Origin: a virus
Taxonomy: Duplodnaviria > Caudoviricetes
Length of the DNA stretch: 26,706 nucleotides
Strand: one strand, 5' to 3'
Virus record (IMG/VR): IMGVR_UViG_3300043772_001134
Span: 1 to 26,706 of that record
The translations under genes and the position numbers were made by a program. The notes under the pieces were generated by a model. That model was not told where the DNA came from. It was given only the letters and a program-made list of their open reading frames with translations, and searched no databases. Positions 18,405 to 26,706 of the stretch are shown piece by piece (the stretch's first letter is position 1; each line of letters opens with the position of its first letter).

Positions 18405-18733
18405 CAGGTGATCTCGGTGCCGAAGAGGGAGAAGGCGAGGTTTCCGTTCCCGGCGTAGACCGTCACGACATCGGTCGTCGCGAGCGAAAGGCCGAGCGTG
18501 AGGATGGTCGTATCGTTGGCGGGAATTGAAACGTCGTAGGCCAGATACATAGCGTTTGTCTGCGATGCTCCCGCGGGCCTCGCGCTTACCCTGTACGTTG
18601 TGGCCGTCGCGCCGATGTTGGCGATCGTCAGCGAGGACACGACGGCGGACGTTGAGCTCGGCACCGTGTAGAGCGTCGTCGCCGTAGTGGCCGACGGGTT
18701 GGCCTGTCCTAAGACTTTGTAGGCGGCTGGCAT
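18404..18733 (-). CDS. Small beta-sandwich virion protein (109 aa)
   Basis: Clean coupled ORF (YKVLGQ...TLYTVP...FSLFGTEIT) inside the fibre cassette; function by context. Confidence 0.7.
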   Translation of the reverse strand: MPAAYKVLGQANPSATTATTLYTVPSSTSAVVSSLTIANIGATATTYRVSARPAGASQTNAMYLAYDVSIPANDTTILTLGLSLATTDVVTVYAGNGNLAFSLFGTEIT

Positions 18734-18736
18734 TTG

Positions 18737-19801
18737 TCACATCCCTGCAATAAGGAACGGGTGGAAAAACACAGAAACGGCCGCCTGGGCGTTGGCACTG
18801 AGCCGCGCATCAGCGAGCGTGCCGCTGGTCAAATCTGATGCCGATGAAGATCCGCCGCCACCACCGCTTCCGGCTGGACCGGTTGGCCCAGTCACGCCTT
18901 GACCGCCAGCGGAGCCTGGGCTGCCCGTTGGCCCCGTCACGGTGGACGCTGGGCCTGTCGCTCCCGTTGGACCCGTCACCGTCGAAGCGTCACCAACCGA
19001 ACCAGTCGCGCCGGTTGGCCCAGTAACAGTGGATGCAGCGCCCGCCGCGCCAGTTGCGCCCGTAGGCCCGGTTACGTTAGAGGCCGCACCGGCGGCACCC
19101 GAAGGGCCTGTCGGTCCCGTGACCGTGGAGGCAGCGCCGGCGCTGCCGGTGGGTCCGGTTGCGCCGGAAGACGGTGACGCGGGCGCCCACGCAGTCCCAT
19201 TCCACGCCGCTACCTGGCCGGTCGTTGCGGAAGACTGCGTCAGCGCACTGAGCGGATGCGTATGGCTTAGGGGTGACCGGGAATCACTTAAGCGCGAGTC
19301 ATTCCCACGGCAGGCTGTGCCAGTCGTGGTCCCGTAATTGACAGTGATTTTTCCGTTTGAAAAAAAGTCGAGCCCCGTTCCAACGATGACGCCGCCGAGG
19401 TTGTCGCCATCCGCTTTTGGCAATACGTAGGCTTCTGGAATCGTCGGCTTATTGCTTAGATCGTTGTACGAATTGGACGTTGCTACCGCTGCAAGCGCCG
19501 CAGTGTCCGGCGGAAAGACCGATGGCTTTCCCGTGATGTCGGCCCAGTCAGCAACACTGGCAACGGTGAATTCTGCCCACGTCGTTAGGTCGCCGCCTAA
19601 CTGGTAGACCGTGTCTGCCGCCGTCACATAAACCAGCATCCCGGCTTCCCGCCTGGCGGACGGGATCGCATCGCGCTCCGTCGTGTCGGCAACCGTGCGG
19701 AAACCACCCTTGCCGTACTTCGCTTCATGTGAAGCATGGGTGTCCGTCGTGTCAAACGGCACCACTGGCCCGATGACGTTTGTCCCTTTGATCTCGCTCA
19801 C
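18737..19801 (-). CDS. Collagen-like fibre protein (354 aa)
   Basis: N-terminal [23 protein letters not shown] domain, WADITGKP and SYNDLSNKP fibre repeats, then (GPTGxxGxxGxASTVT)n. Confidence 0.85.
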   Translation of the reverse strand: MSEIKGTNVIGPVVPFDTTDTHASHEAKYGKGGFRTVADTTERDAIPSARREAGMLVYVTAADTVYQLGGDLTTWAEFTVASVADWADITGKPSVFPPDTAALAAVATSNSYNDLSNKPTIPEAYVLPKADGDNLGGVIVGTGLDFFSNGKITVNYGTTTGTACRGNDSRLSDSRSPLSHTHPLSALTQSSATTGQVAAWNGTAWAPASPSSGATGPTGSAGAASTVTGPTGPSGAAGAASNVTGPTGATGAAGAASTVTGPTGATGSVGDASTVTGPTGATGPASTVTGPTGSPGSAGGQGVTGPTGPAGSGGGGGSSSASDLTSGTLADARLSANAQAAVSVFFHPFLIAGM

Positions 19802-20487
19802 GACACGACCACCTTTGCATTGCCGGTGATGGCGTAGGTCGAACGGTAGATCGTGTAGCTTGCGGCCGCCTGCGACGGGAACGTGATTGATCTAGTGGTG
19901 GATTCCCACGCAGAGGTGTACAGCCCGTTGACCGTGAACGACGCAGCGCCGAACGACGCCGGCAGAACGAAATAGATGTGCTGGCTAGCAGGCGTGAGCG
20001 TTCGAGCCTGCCCGTTGGCGCCAGCCAAGTCGCTCGAGAACAGGGAAACGATCTGCTGGTCGGTCACGGTCGCCAAAGCCGAAACGCCCCAGTAGCGTTG
20101 CTTGAGCGTTGGCAGCGCCGCGGAACTCTTGTCGGTGGCGATCGTGTGGACCCGCACGCAATTGCGGAACGGGTCGGCATACCGGAACACCGGCATCCCC
20201 GAAGGGCTAGTCACCTCATAGGTCAGGTCCACGCCGTCGATCGTCTCAACGATCGTGTCGTGCCGCAGCGGTTCGCCAAACGGCAATTCGGATGCCTTAA
20301 CGATGAAGTCCCGAGACTGCCAGATTTCAACGACGCCGGATTGCGATGCCGCCTCAAACGTCGAACTGCCGACGGTGGCACGCACCTGGGCAAAACTGTT
20401 TCCCCGGTGGTAGGTGCAGAGGCTGGCCGCAGAATCCGCCAGCCGATTGGCTAGCCACGCCGCGCCGGTCTGGAGAAGGTCGGACAC
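19798..20487 (-). CDS. Head-closure/head-tail joining protein with an extra C-terminal domain
   Basis: The N-terminal ~115 aa (SRDFIV...[11 protein letters not shown]...YEV...RVHT) fit a gpFII-like stopper at the expected position; ~110 additional aa follow. Confidence 0.7.
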   Translation of the reverse strand: MSDLLQTGAAWLANRLADSAASLCTYHRGNSFAQVRATVGSSTFEAASQSGVVEIWQSRDFIVKASELPFGEPLRHDTIVETIDGVDLTYEVTSPSGMPVFRYADPFRNCVRVHTIATDKSSAALPTLKQRYWGVSALATVTDQQIVSLFSSDLAGANGQARTLTPASQHIYFVLPASFGAASFTVNGLYTSAWESTTRSITFPSQAAASYTIYRSTYAITGNAKVVVS

Positions 20488-20501
20488 GAAGCACCTTAGT
20501 G

Positions 20502-20551
20502 CGCAATGCCCCCGAGCCGCGCGGCGAGCGCAGCGGCTACGGGGGCTTGCG
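20502..20551 (-). terminator. Imperfect GC-rich stem-loop after the DUF2190 gene
   Basis: Arms CGCAA-GCCCCCG-AGCCGC and GCGGCT-CGGGGGC-TTGCG. No U-tract, so a terminator role is uncertain. Confidence 0.45.
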
Positions 20552-20562
20552 TGGGATCGAAA

Positions 20563-20880
20563 CTAGCGGTTGATCAGCACGTGCACGCTGGTATCGCCAA
20601 CCACGCGGGCCTTTGCCAGCTTGCCGGCGGCAACGCCGGTCGAAGCGTGGGCAACGCCCGAAATGGCGTACCAGTTGATGGCCGAACCCTGCGCGCCGGT
20701 AGCACCGGTCGCACACGGCATCTCGAACACGCCATCAACAGCCAGAGCGCCAAGCGCTCCAGCGGCGATCGGGCGCGGAGCAACCGCGACCATCGCGCCG
20801 ATCACGACCACGTCACCAACCGCAACAGCAGCGGCCGGCGTGTGGTCAAGCAGGCAACCGTCAGCAACATAAGAAGCCAT
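20563..20880 (-). CDS. DUF2190 family capsid decoration/cement protein (105 aa)
   Basis: Start re-called to ATG 20880 (GAGG upstream). LDHTPAAAVAVGDVVVIG...VAVAPRPIAAGALGALAVDGVFEMP; directly follows the capsid gene. Confidence 0.88.
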   Translation of the reverse strand: MASYVADGCLLDHTPAAAVAVGDVVVIGAMVAVAPRPIAAGALGALAVDGVFEMPCATGATGAQGSAINWYAISGVAHASTGVAAGKLAKARVVGDTSVHVLINR

Positions 20881-20919
20881 TAGAAAACCTCGCAGGAAAA
20901 AGTGTTTGTGGATAGTCAG

Positions 20920-20953
20920 GTTGCCGGGCGGGCTTTGGCTCCCGCCCGGCAAC
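20920..20953 (-). terminator. Perfect 13-bp stem-loop after the capsid gene
   Basis: GTTGCCGGGCGGG-8 nt-CCCGCCCGGCAAC; no adjacent U-tract. Confidence 0.55.
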
Positions 20954-20972
20954 TCCGGTTGAACTCTGTGGA

Positions 20973-22808
20973 CTACACGTCCATCTTGACGCCGGCGAGG
21001 TACTCGGCCTTGGCCACGCCAAAGTCGAAGTAACCACGCATCTGCACGCCGAGCGTGTTGAAGTCGGCTTCCGCCGTCTCCACGATCGGGCTTTGCACGC
21101 CGTTAAGGAACGCCACTTCCATCACCGGCAGGTCAGCCGGCGAGGCAAGCAGGTAGTAGTCGGCCGCGTTCGTCAGGTAGGCCGAGCCGACCACCTGATA
21201 CCGACCGGCGAACACGTTCGTAGACGGCTGGCCACCCGTGGCACCGCTCTGGATCAGAGCGGAACCCATGATCTCGGCCGCGGTGATCTCCAGTTCCGGC
21301 GGAACCACCAGCACGCTGGGACGAACCGCGATGGGGTTGCCATCGGGATCAACCAGCTTGCGGAACAGGTTGACCGCTTCCTTCAGACCGGCGATCGACA
21401 ACGCCGTGGCGCTCGTCTTCTTGTTGCCACGGGCCGTGGTGAAGAAGGACGAATCGTCAAGGAACGCAGCCCAGAACACGTCGTTGAGCTTCAACGCACC
21501 GCCACGGCCGATCCGCTGCGGAACAGCGGTCAGGGCGCCGAGGTCGTCGTTGATGAGGTCCGTGCGGGTCACGCTCGTCATGATGCCGTAGGTGTCGGCA
21601 CTGATCGTCCGCGACTCGTCAGAAGCGGCAGCGTTCTTGAGTTCGCCGCCGTTGGCGACTTGCTGGAACTTGAAGCCGCCGTTCAGCCGGTAGCTGGTCA
21701 CGCTCTTGAAGTCGTTGACCGAGCGCACCGCCGAAATCGACCGCCACGAAGATTCCACGCCGTCGAAGCCGGCAAGGAGGAACTTGTTGACGGTGCTGGA
21801 CAGGATGCCGGCAATCGAGTGGGTAGCCCACGCAGCCGCCAGAATCGGACGCAGCGTCGAAGCGGTCAGGCGGCGCGGGCCGTCATAACCGTTGGCCTCC
21901 GCGGCCGCCAGCAGCACTTCACCCAGCGTCGTGCTCCGCTGCACCTTGGCAGCGGCCTCGAGCGTCTGGGCGCTGTACGCCTTCTCGACGTTGGGCAGTC
22001 CGCCCTGGAGGGCAAAGGACGCCTCAATCACTTCCGCCGTGGGGGCGGTCTTCGTCGCAACGTGGACGGCCGGCGGAACCGGGCGTTCGTCACGGGTCGC
22101 GTTCAACTGCTGCATGGCTTCGACTTTCTGGGTAAGGATTTCGATCTGGGCCTTGAGTCCGTTGGCCTCGCTGGCTTCGACCTTGGGGGCCTCCACGGCG
22201 GCGCTCGCCGTGGCTTCCACCGCAGCAGCCACAACGGGCTCCTCGGCAGGCGTCTGGTTGGCGTTATCCGCCATGGTGATCTCCTCGTCGGCTTCCGCCG
22301 CGATGGCGACGCTTGTCTCCGCGTCAGCGCCAAGGGTGACAAAAGAAACCTCACGGAGACTGGAGGCTTTGACGATTCGGACCGGACCCAGATGGGTCTG
22401 CCCGTTGACGGTCGTGGCGGCTTCGGCGTCCACTTTTTGATGGCGGCGCACATCGGCGCCCACGCTGGCCTGCCACTGGTATCCACGCTCTGCCAGCGCC
22501 AGCACCTGGCGGGCCGTATCGCTGTCGGCCAAGATCTCGCCTTCAACGATCAATTTGCCGGCTTCCACTCGGACGCTGTCGGTCTGCCCAAGGATGGAAC
22601 CGAGGTTGTAGTCGTGACCCAAGACGATCGGCAGTTTCTGCTTGAACGACATTCCGGCCAGATCGATCACGACAGGCTCACGGCTCCAGCCCTGACGGAT
22701 CTGCGAACCCGTATAGGCTTCGATCGAAAACCGCTTTGGCGCTGCGGCAGCATCGCCATCAGCGGCCGTCAGGAACGTCACGCGAGTATCCAAAGAGATT
22801 TTGTTCAT
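20973..22808 (-). CDS. Fused prohead protease-scaffold-major capsid protein (Mu gpT-like capsid domain)
   Basis: N-terminal AYTG...PIVLGHD...WQASVGA...LREVSFVTLGAD protease motifs, an acidic Ala-rich linker, then a capsid domain (RSVNDFK, LINDDLGAL, LVVPPELE, EVAFLNG...FDFG). Confidence 0.92.
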   Translation of the reverse strand: MNKISLDTRVTFLTAADGDAAAAPKRFSIEAYTGSQIRQGWSREPVVIDLAGMSFKQKLPIVLGHDYNLGSILGQTDSVRVEAGKLIVEGEILADSDTARQVLALAERGYQWQASVGADVRRHQKVDAEAATTVNGQTHLGPVRIVKASSLREVSFVTLGADAETSVAIAAEADEEITMADNANQTPAEEPVVAAAVEATASAAVEAPKVEASEANGLKAQIEILTQKVEAMQQLNATRDERPVPPAVHVATKTAPTAEVIEASFALQGGLPNVEKAYSAQTLEAAAKVQRSTTLGEVLLAAAEANGYDGPRRLTASTLRPILAAAWATHSIAGILSSTVNKFLLAGFDGVESSWRSISAVRSVNDFKSVTSYRLNGGFKFQQVANGGELKNAAASDESRTISADTYGIMTSVTRTDLINDDLGALTAVPQRIGRGGALKLNDVFWAAFLDDSSFFTTARGNKKTSATALSIAGLKEAVNLFRKLVDPDGNPIAVRPSVLVVPPELEITAAEIMGSALIQSGATGGQPSTNVFAGRYQVVGSAYLTNAADYYLLASPADLPVMEVAFLNGVQSPIVETAEADFNTLGVQMRGYFDFGVAKAEYLAGVKMDV

Positions 22809-22868
22809 TCAGCCAAACTCCCAGACGGTGTCGATGTCGTCCGCATCGTGATCGCCAACCCAAGTCAT
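22809..22868 (-). CDS. 19-aa acidic micro-ORF (MTWVGDHDADDIDTVWEFG)
   Basis: Its ATG overlaps the portal stop (ATGA) and its TGA abuts the capsid ATG; it fills the gap exactly. Confidence 0.5.
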   Translation of the reverse strand: MTWVGDHDADDIDTVWEFG

Positions 22869-24313
22869 GCGTCGGCCCCCTGCGGCCTACCGTTTTCGTC
22901 CAGCGTGCCGCCGTAGTTCGTTTCGGGCGTGAAGTCCACGAACAAGCCAAGTTCCTGCATCAGCGCGACTTCCGCCGCACGTTGCCGCAGTTCTTGATCC
23001 CACTGCTTGCCTTGCTTGGCGTATTCAGCCGCCAGCGTGGTGGTGTGCGTGCGCAGCCGCGTTTCAGACGCAGTGGCTTCCTTGGCAGGGTCAACGTGGT
23101 CTTTGCCGTCCCACTGCCACGACCAGTTCCATTCGCTGAACGGCGGCAACGCGCCGGGCAGCACGCCGGCAAGGCTGGCTTCGTTGACCCAAGCCGCAAG
23201 CAGACGGTCAAGCAGGACACGCTCTAGCTGGTCGCGGTCCACTCGCTCGTGCATCCCGGCAATCTGCCAGTCCATGCGGCTGGATGCGTAGTTGTATTCA
23301 CTCGAGTTGAGCGCTGCGACGTTAAACGGAATCTGCAGGCAGCGGGCGATCTCGTTGAGGATCTGCTTGACGAACGCCGGGTATTGCGTCGTGGGCTGTT
23401 CCGCCCGCAGTTGGCTGATGTCCCAGCCTTCCGGCAGCGTGACCATGCTGCGCTTTTCGATGGGCATTTCAGCAAACGCAGTGACTTCGTCCACCTCGGC
23501 GGCAGGCGAATTGCTGTGCAGGAACGCAGCGAAATCGGCGGCCGTCTCGGCAGCCGCCAGCACGGCATCGGTGTAGCGCCGCAGCTGACCGAACAGCCGC
23601 AGGGCAGGGGCCACCTCCGGTACGCCACGGTGTTGGCCAGGCCGTTGGGCGCGGAACCAATGCACCATCTGATTGGCCGGCACACGCTGGAACTGCAGGT
23701 TGTTGACGCGGTAGTTGCTGCCGGGATGAAAGTTCAGCACTTGGTAGGCGATGACGTTTCCAATCGCGTCGAATTCCATGCCGTCAACGATGTTGCCTTC
23801 GGGCGTGATCGTCTGCGACATCAACTCAGTCGGCGTGGCGACCATTTCCGCCTCGACAAGACGAACGTCGAGTTGCACGCCCGGCAGGCGAGGATTGGAA
23901 ATCATCAGCGCGAACGCTTCGCCATCGACCACGAGCGCCTCGCGCATCGTCCGCAGTTTGGCCGGCAGGTCGATTGACCACGACCAGTCGTAGAACGCAC
24001 GCTCTATGGCCCGATCGCTTTCGGCATCGCCGGTATCCAACTGCAGGCGCGGGCCGGTGCCGATCAGACTGGCCGCCACACTGCCGGAAATGCCCGCCAA
24101 CCAAGAGTTGTTTTGCCGCTCGTAACGGGCGCGGTTCCGCAGCGTCCGCCTGACGTTTGGCGACAGGGCAGCGTCCGCAGCAAATGCGTCAGCCGCAGCC
24201 CAGTGCCGATAGTCGTCGCCCTTCTCGGCAGCGTCGAACTTTGCACGGACACGCACGGGCATCGGCTGCGCTGCCGGCTTCGACTTTGCCCAGAGGTTGC
24301 CGAACAGGCCCAT
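22865..24313 (-). CDS. Portal protein, lambda family
   Basis: LRNRARYE..NN, IGTGPRLQ, DGEAF, RPGQHRGVP, NYASSR and HVDPAKE motifs. Confidence 0.95.
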   Translation of the reverse strand: MGLFGNLWAKSKPAAQPMPVRVRAKFDAAEKGDDYRHWAAADAFAADAALSPNVRRTLRNRARYERQNNSWLAGISGSVAASLIGTGPRLQLDTGDAESDRAIERAFYDWSWSIDLPAKLRTMREALVVDGEAFALMISNPRLPGVQLDVRLVEAEMVATPTELMSQTITPEGNIVDGMEFDAIGNVIAYQVLNFHPGSNYRVNNLQFQRVPANQMVHWFRAQRPGQHRGVPEVAPALRLFGQLRRYTDAVLAAAETAADFAAFLHSNSPAAEVDEVTAFAEMPIEKRSMVTLPEGWDISQLRAEQPTTQYPAFVKQILNEIARCLQIPFNVAALNSSEYNYASSRMDWQIAGMHERVDRDQLERVLLDRLLAAWVNEASLAGVLPGALPPFSEWNWSWQWDGKDHVDPAKEATASETRLRTHTTTLAAEYAKQGKQWDQELRQRAAEVALMQELGLFVDFTPETNYGGTLDENGRPQGADA

Positions 24314-24523
24314 TCAGATCGTCCCTGGTGGAACCAGCTTGTTGAACCGCAGGCCACGCCGCGTGTTCGTTGCTGACGATGTCGCAGCCGACTTGCCAGA
24401 CAAGTACTTGTCGGCTTCGATCATGTCGGCCAAGGATTGCGCCTCGACTTCGCCCGCATCGGTGCGGACGCGCTTCGGGCCTTGGGCCGTTTCGGAAATC
24501 TTGTCGCGCAGTTCGTCGCTCAT
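24314..24523 (-). CDS. gpW-like head-tail adaptor (69 aa)
   Basis: Small protein between TerL and portal, as in lambda; abuts the portal start. Confidence 0.7.
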   Translation of the reverse strand: MSDELRDKISETAQGPKRVRTDAGEVEAQSLADMIEADKYLSGKSAATSSATNTRRGLRFNKLVPPGTI

Positions 24524-24530
24524 ACCGGCG

Positions 24531-24570
24531 ACGGTAGACGAACGGCAAGGCTCACCGGCAGGGGGTGTGG
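24531..24570 (-). promoter_or_regulatory. Putative late promoter: CCACACCCCCT-N23-TACCGT, probably a leaderless transcript
   Basis: Same 11-mer and spacing as 11145-11184. The TAnnnT box lies 7 nt before the ATG at 24523, with no Shine-Dalgarno. Confidence 0.65.
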
Positions 24571-26670
24571 CTACGTGCCAAGACGCTTCAGCGTGATTAC
24601 TCGCTTGCCGGAACCGCTGGCAGGAATCTCAACCTTCTTGCGCCGCCTGCCGCCAGCCTCGGTAGCCACGGGCTGCACGCCTGCAATCGACGCAGACACA
24701 GCGGCACCAACTAGGCAGTCGAGCCAGTGGTTGTCGCGGCCCGCCATCTTCCATTCGTCCACGACTCGCCCGCGCGCCTCTGTCCGCACTGGGTATTCAG
24801 CGGTTAGATGTTCAAACAGCAATTCGTGTTCACCGGCATGAAACGCAATCGCTTCGGGATCGCCCAGCTGCAACCGCAGGCGGGCGGCGCAGAATGTTTT
24901 CCAAAAGTTGGTGTCATAGAGGCAGGACCGCTGCCCTTCGGATATTTGCCCAACTTTCCAGTTGATGCCGATGCGGTCGCCACGCCCCTTCTTCTCGCCA
25001 ATCGGCTGGCTTGATGCACCGATGCCTTTGCCGTGACTGGGCAGCACGCTGCCGGCGAACGGCGACCGGCGGCAGAATGTGCGAACGGTTGACGTGCTCT
25101 GCCCCCAGTTGGCGTCGATCATCAGTTGGCCGATCCGCATGGCGGCCCCGTCTTCCCGCTTCCAATCACGCCCCAGCAGCAGCTGCGTGACGGACTCCAA
25201 ACCAGCGTGTAGGGACGCCTCGAACCCAGCCCCCTTCGCCGCCAGTGACAACGTCCGCTTGGCGTGTTTCGCTTCAAAGAACGATGACGCTTGGTCAGGG
25301 TACGTGCCGTAGGCCACGACGTGACCGCCGAACGACTGATTCCACGAAGCCACTAGCCAGAACAGGAGTTTTTCCTGCACGTCCACAAACGCTGTCAGCG
25401 TCTGGTGGTCAAGCGGCACCACGCCACGCTCTACGTTTGTTGCCCGTAGCGCCAACGACCGCTTGTCCAACTTGTCGCTGGCAATGTCATCCGCGAGCGG
25501 CTGATTCTGGTACTCGGCCATGAAAGCCGATTCGCCACGGTCAATCCGCAGGTTCCAGGCGTGATGGATCGCCGTGAGTTCGTCAGCGTTCCGCCGTTCC
25601 GGCCACGCCACACGCGCCCCGGCGTCCATCGCAGTCTGGTTAGCGCGGTAGAAGTCATCCGCCGCAGCGGTCCCTGTACCGTTCCGCTGGCCCTCGCGCC
25701 GCAGTTCTGCGTACTGGCTCCACAGTTCTTCGGCGGTCGGCCATTCGTAGACCAACTTCGTCCGCTCACCCTGCCAGCTTGGATGTTTCGACCGATCAAG
25801 CAGACGGTCGGCTAGGTCATCGGGCCGAATGACCGTGATGGTCGTGAGCCCGGCGATTTTCGCGCCCGGCCCGGCAAGGCCCAGGATCGCACCGGACAGG
25901 ATCTTTTCCCGCGTGGCGCACTGGGCTGGGCTACCGGCTGATTCGTCTGTCTGCGGATCGTCAATCAGCACCAGTGACGGCCGCACCGTCTTACCGTCAG
26001 GGCGGGTGTGCTTGATGCCACGGATGCGGCCCGTGATGCCAGCCACCCGCACGCAGGCTCCAGCAGATTCAGCCTTAGCAACCCACGGCAGCGTGATCTG
26101 GTCGGCGGTCCACTCGATGTGCGTAGGCTCACCGGCAGAGGTTTGCCCGCGAGCGCGGGCCGTGATCCCCTCCAGCGCCCGCACCGGGAACGCCGCCGAC
26201 GGGAAGTCCTCGAGCAGCAGGTCGTTTTGTTCTAGGTGGCTCTTGATGCTGTCCAGCATCTGGCAGGCAATAGCCTGGTCGGACCCGATGAGCATCACGA
26301 ACGGACGATGCCCGTAGAGCATGGCCCACAGGCAGGCCCATTCGCAGAGCGTGCTTTTGCCGGAACCACGGGGCATGGCGAAGGCGAACAACTCGCCGCG
26401 CAGCACGGCTCCTTCAATCTTGCCTATCGCCGTCAGGTGGTCCGCAGACCACGCCAACGGGAAGGATTCAGCCCCGTAGACTTCGCAGAACTTGCGGAAA
26501 TCTTTGCGGCAGGATTCGCGCCGCTTCTTGTCTTTGACCGGCGGGATGGAACCGATGTCGCGGCCGGCTGCACCGACAATGCGCGAGCGTTCCCCGGTCC
26601 TACGCTTGATGTCGTCATAGCGGGCCTTGGCTGCGTCAGTGCGTTTTTTCTGGTCTGCTCGAACTGCCAT
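24571..26670 (-). CDS. terL: Terminase large subunit (GpA-like nuclease domain)
   Basis: Walker A AMPRGSGKS, Walker B LVLIDD, FMAEYQNQP, nuclease motifs FVDVQ, MIDANW and RDNHWLDC; sits upstream of the portal. Confidence 0.93.
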   Translation of the reverse strand: MAVRADQKKRTDAAKARYDDIKRRTGERSRIVGAAGRDIGSIPPVKDKKRRESCRKDFRKFCEVYGAESFPLAWSADHLTAIGKIEGAVLRGELFAFAMPRGSGKSTLCEWACLWAMLYGHRPFVMLIGSDQAIACQMLDSIKSHLEQNDLLLEDFPSAAFPVRALEGITARARGQTSAGEPTHIEWTADQITLPWVAKAESAGACVRVAGITGRIRGIKHTRPDGKTVRPSLVLIDDPQTDESAGSPAQCATREKILSGAILGLAGPGAKIAGLTTITVIRPDDLADRLLDRSKHPSWQGERTKLVYEWPTAEELWSQYAELRREGQRNGTGTAAADDFYRANQTAMDAGARVAWPERRNADELTAIHHAWNLRIDRGESAFMAEYQNQPLADDIASDKLDKRSLALRATNVERGVVPLDHQTLTAFVDVQEKLLFWLVASWNQSFGGHVVAYGTYPDQASSFFEAKHAKRTLSLAAKGAGFEASLHAGLESVTQLLLGRDWKREDGAAMRIGQLMIDANWGQSTSTVRTFCRRSPFAGSVLPSHGKGIGASSQPIGEKKGRGDRIGINWKVGQISEGQRSCLYDTNFWKTFCAARLRLQLGDPEAIAFHAGEHELLFEHLTAEYPVRTEARGRVVDEWKMAGRDNHWLDCLVGAAVSASIAGVQPVATEAGGRRRKKVEIPASGSGKRVITLKRLGT

Positions 26671-26706
26671 GGTCAGGATGGGCTAAAAAACGCGCGATAA
26701 TAGGGA

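Noticed and set aside
18405-18740. N-terminal 112 aa of the 391-aa ORF 17565..18740
   Set aside because: Overlaps the 18404..18733 gene in another frame; the true start is the coupled ATG at 18404.
16850-19170. Short direct repeats as a possible CRISPR array or DGR template/variable repeat
   Set aside because: They are coding repeats of collagen and Gly-rich proteins. I saw no regular spacers, no adenine-specific mismatch pair and no reverse transcriptase in the window.
19360-19366. T7 run (minus strand) in a collagen fibre gene as a possible frameshift or phase-variation site
   Set aside because: Not an in-frame X XXY YYZ heptamer, and the gene is intact; no further support.
21093-22916. 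607-aa plus-strand ORF
   Set aside because: Antisense shadow of the capsid gene, expected from high-GC codon bias; no recognisable motifs.
1-26706. Stop-codon reassignment
   Set aside because: Genes are full-length in the standard code, and TAG, TGA and TAA all end genes at coupled junctions.

Overview
This window is the late (virion morphogenesis) region of a GC-rich tailed dsDNA phage or prophage with a siphovirus-type layout. All credible genes are on the minus strand and are tightly coupled by overlapping stop/start codons. In transcription order (right to left) the genes are: terminase large subunit, gpW-like adaptor, lambda-type portal, a 19-aa micro-ORF, fused prohead protease-major capsid protein, DUF2190 decoration protein and a head-closure protein with an extra C-terminal domain. 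Next comes a ~7.3 kb insert with two Thr-rich collagen-like fibre genes, a Gly-rich protein, a PATR beta-strand-repeat protein, a DUF377/GH130-like propeller, a SAM methyltransferase and a GT2-TPR glycosyltransferase. The tail module follows: tail terminator, tail completion protein, three tandem paralogous tail-tube-like genes (all starting MAITLGKD), a tail chaperone with a -1 frameshift, tape measure and tail-tip genes. The window ends with a HExxH mini-zincin, a small ORF and a calcineurin-like phosphoesterase that is missing from the ORF track. Highlights are the putative virion-fibre glycosylation/methylation cassette, the triplicated tail tube, a repeated CCACACCCCCT-N23-TAnnnT late-promoter-like element, and a frameshift with a long dual-coded overlap. 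A Planctomycetota/PVC host is inferred, not shown. All product calls rest on motif recognition and synteny; no database searches were run.
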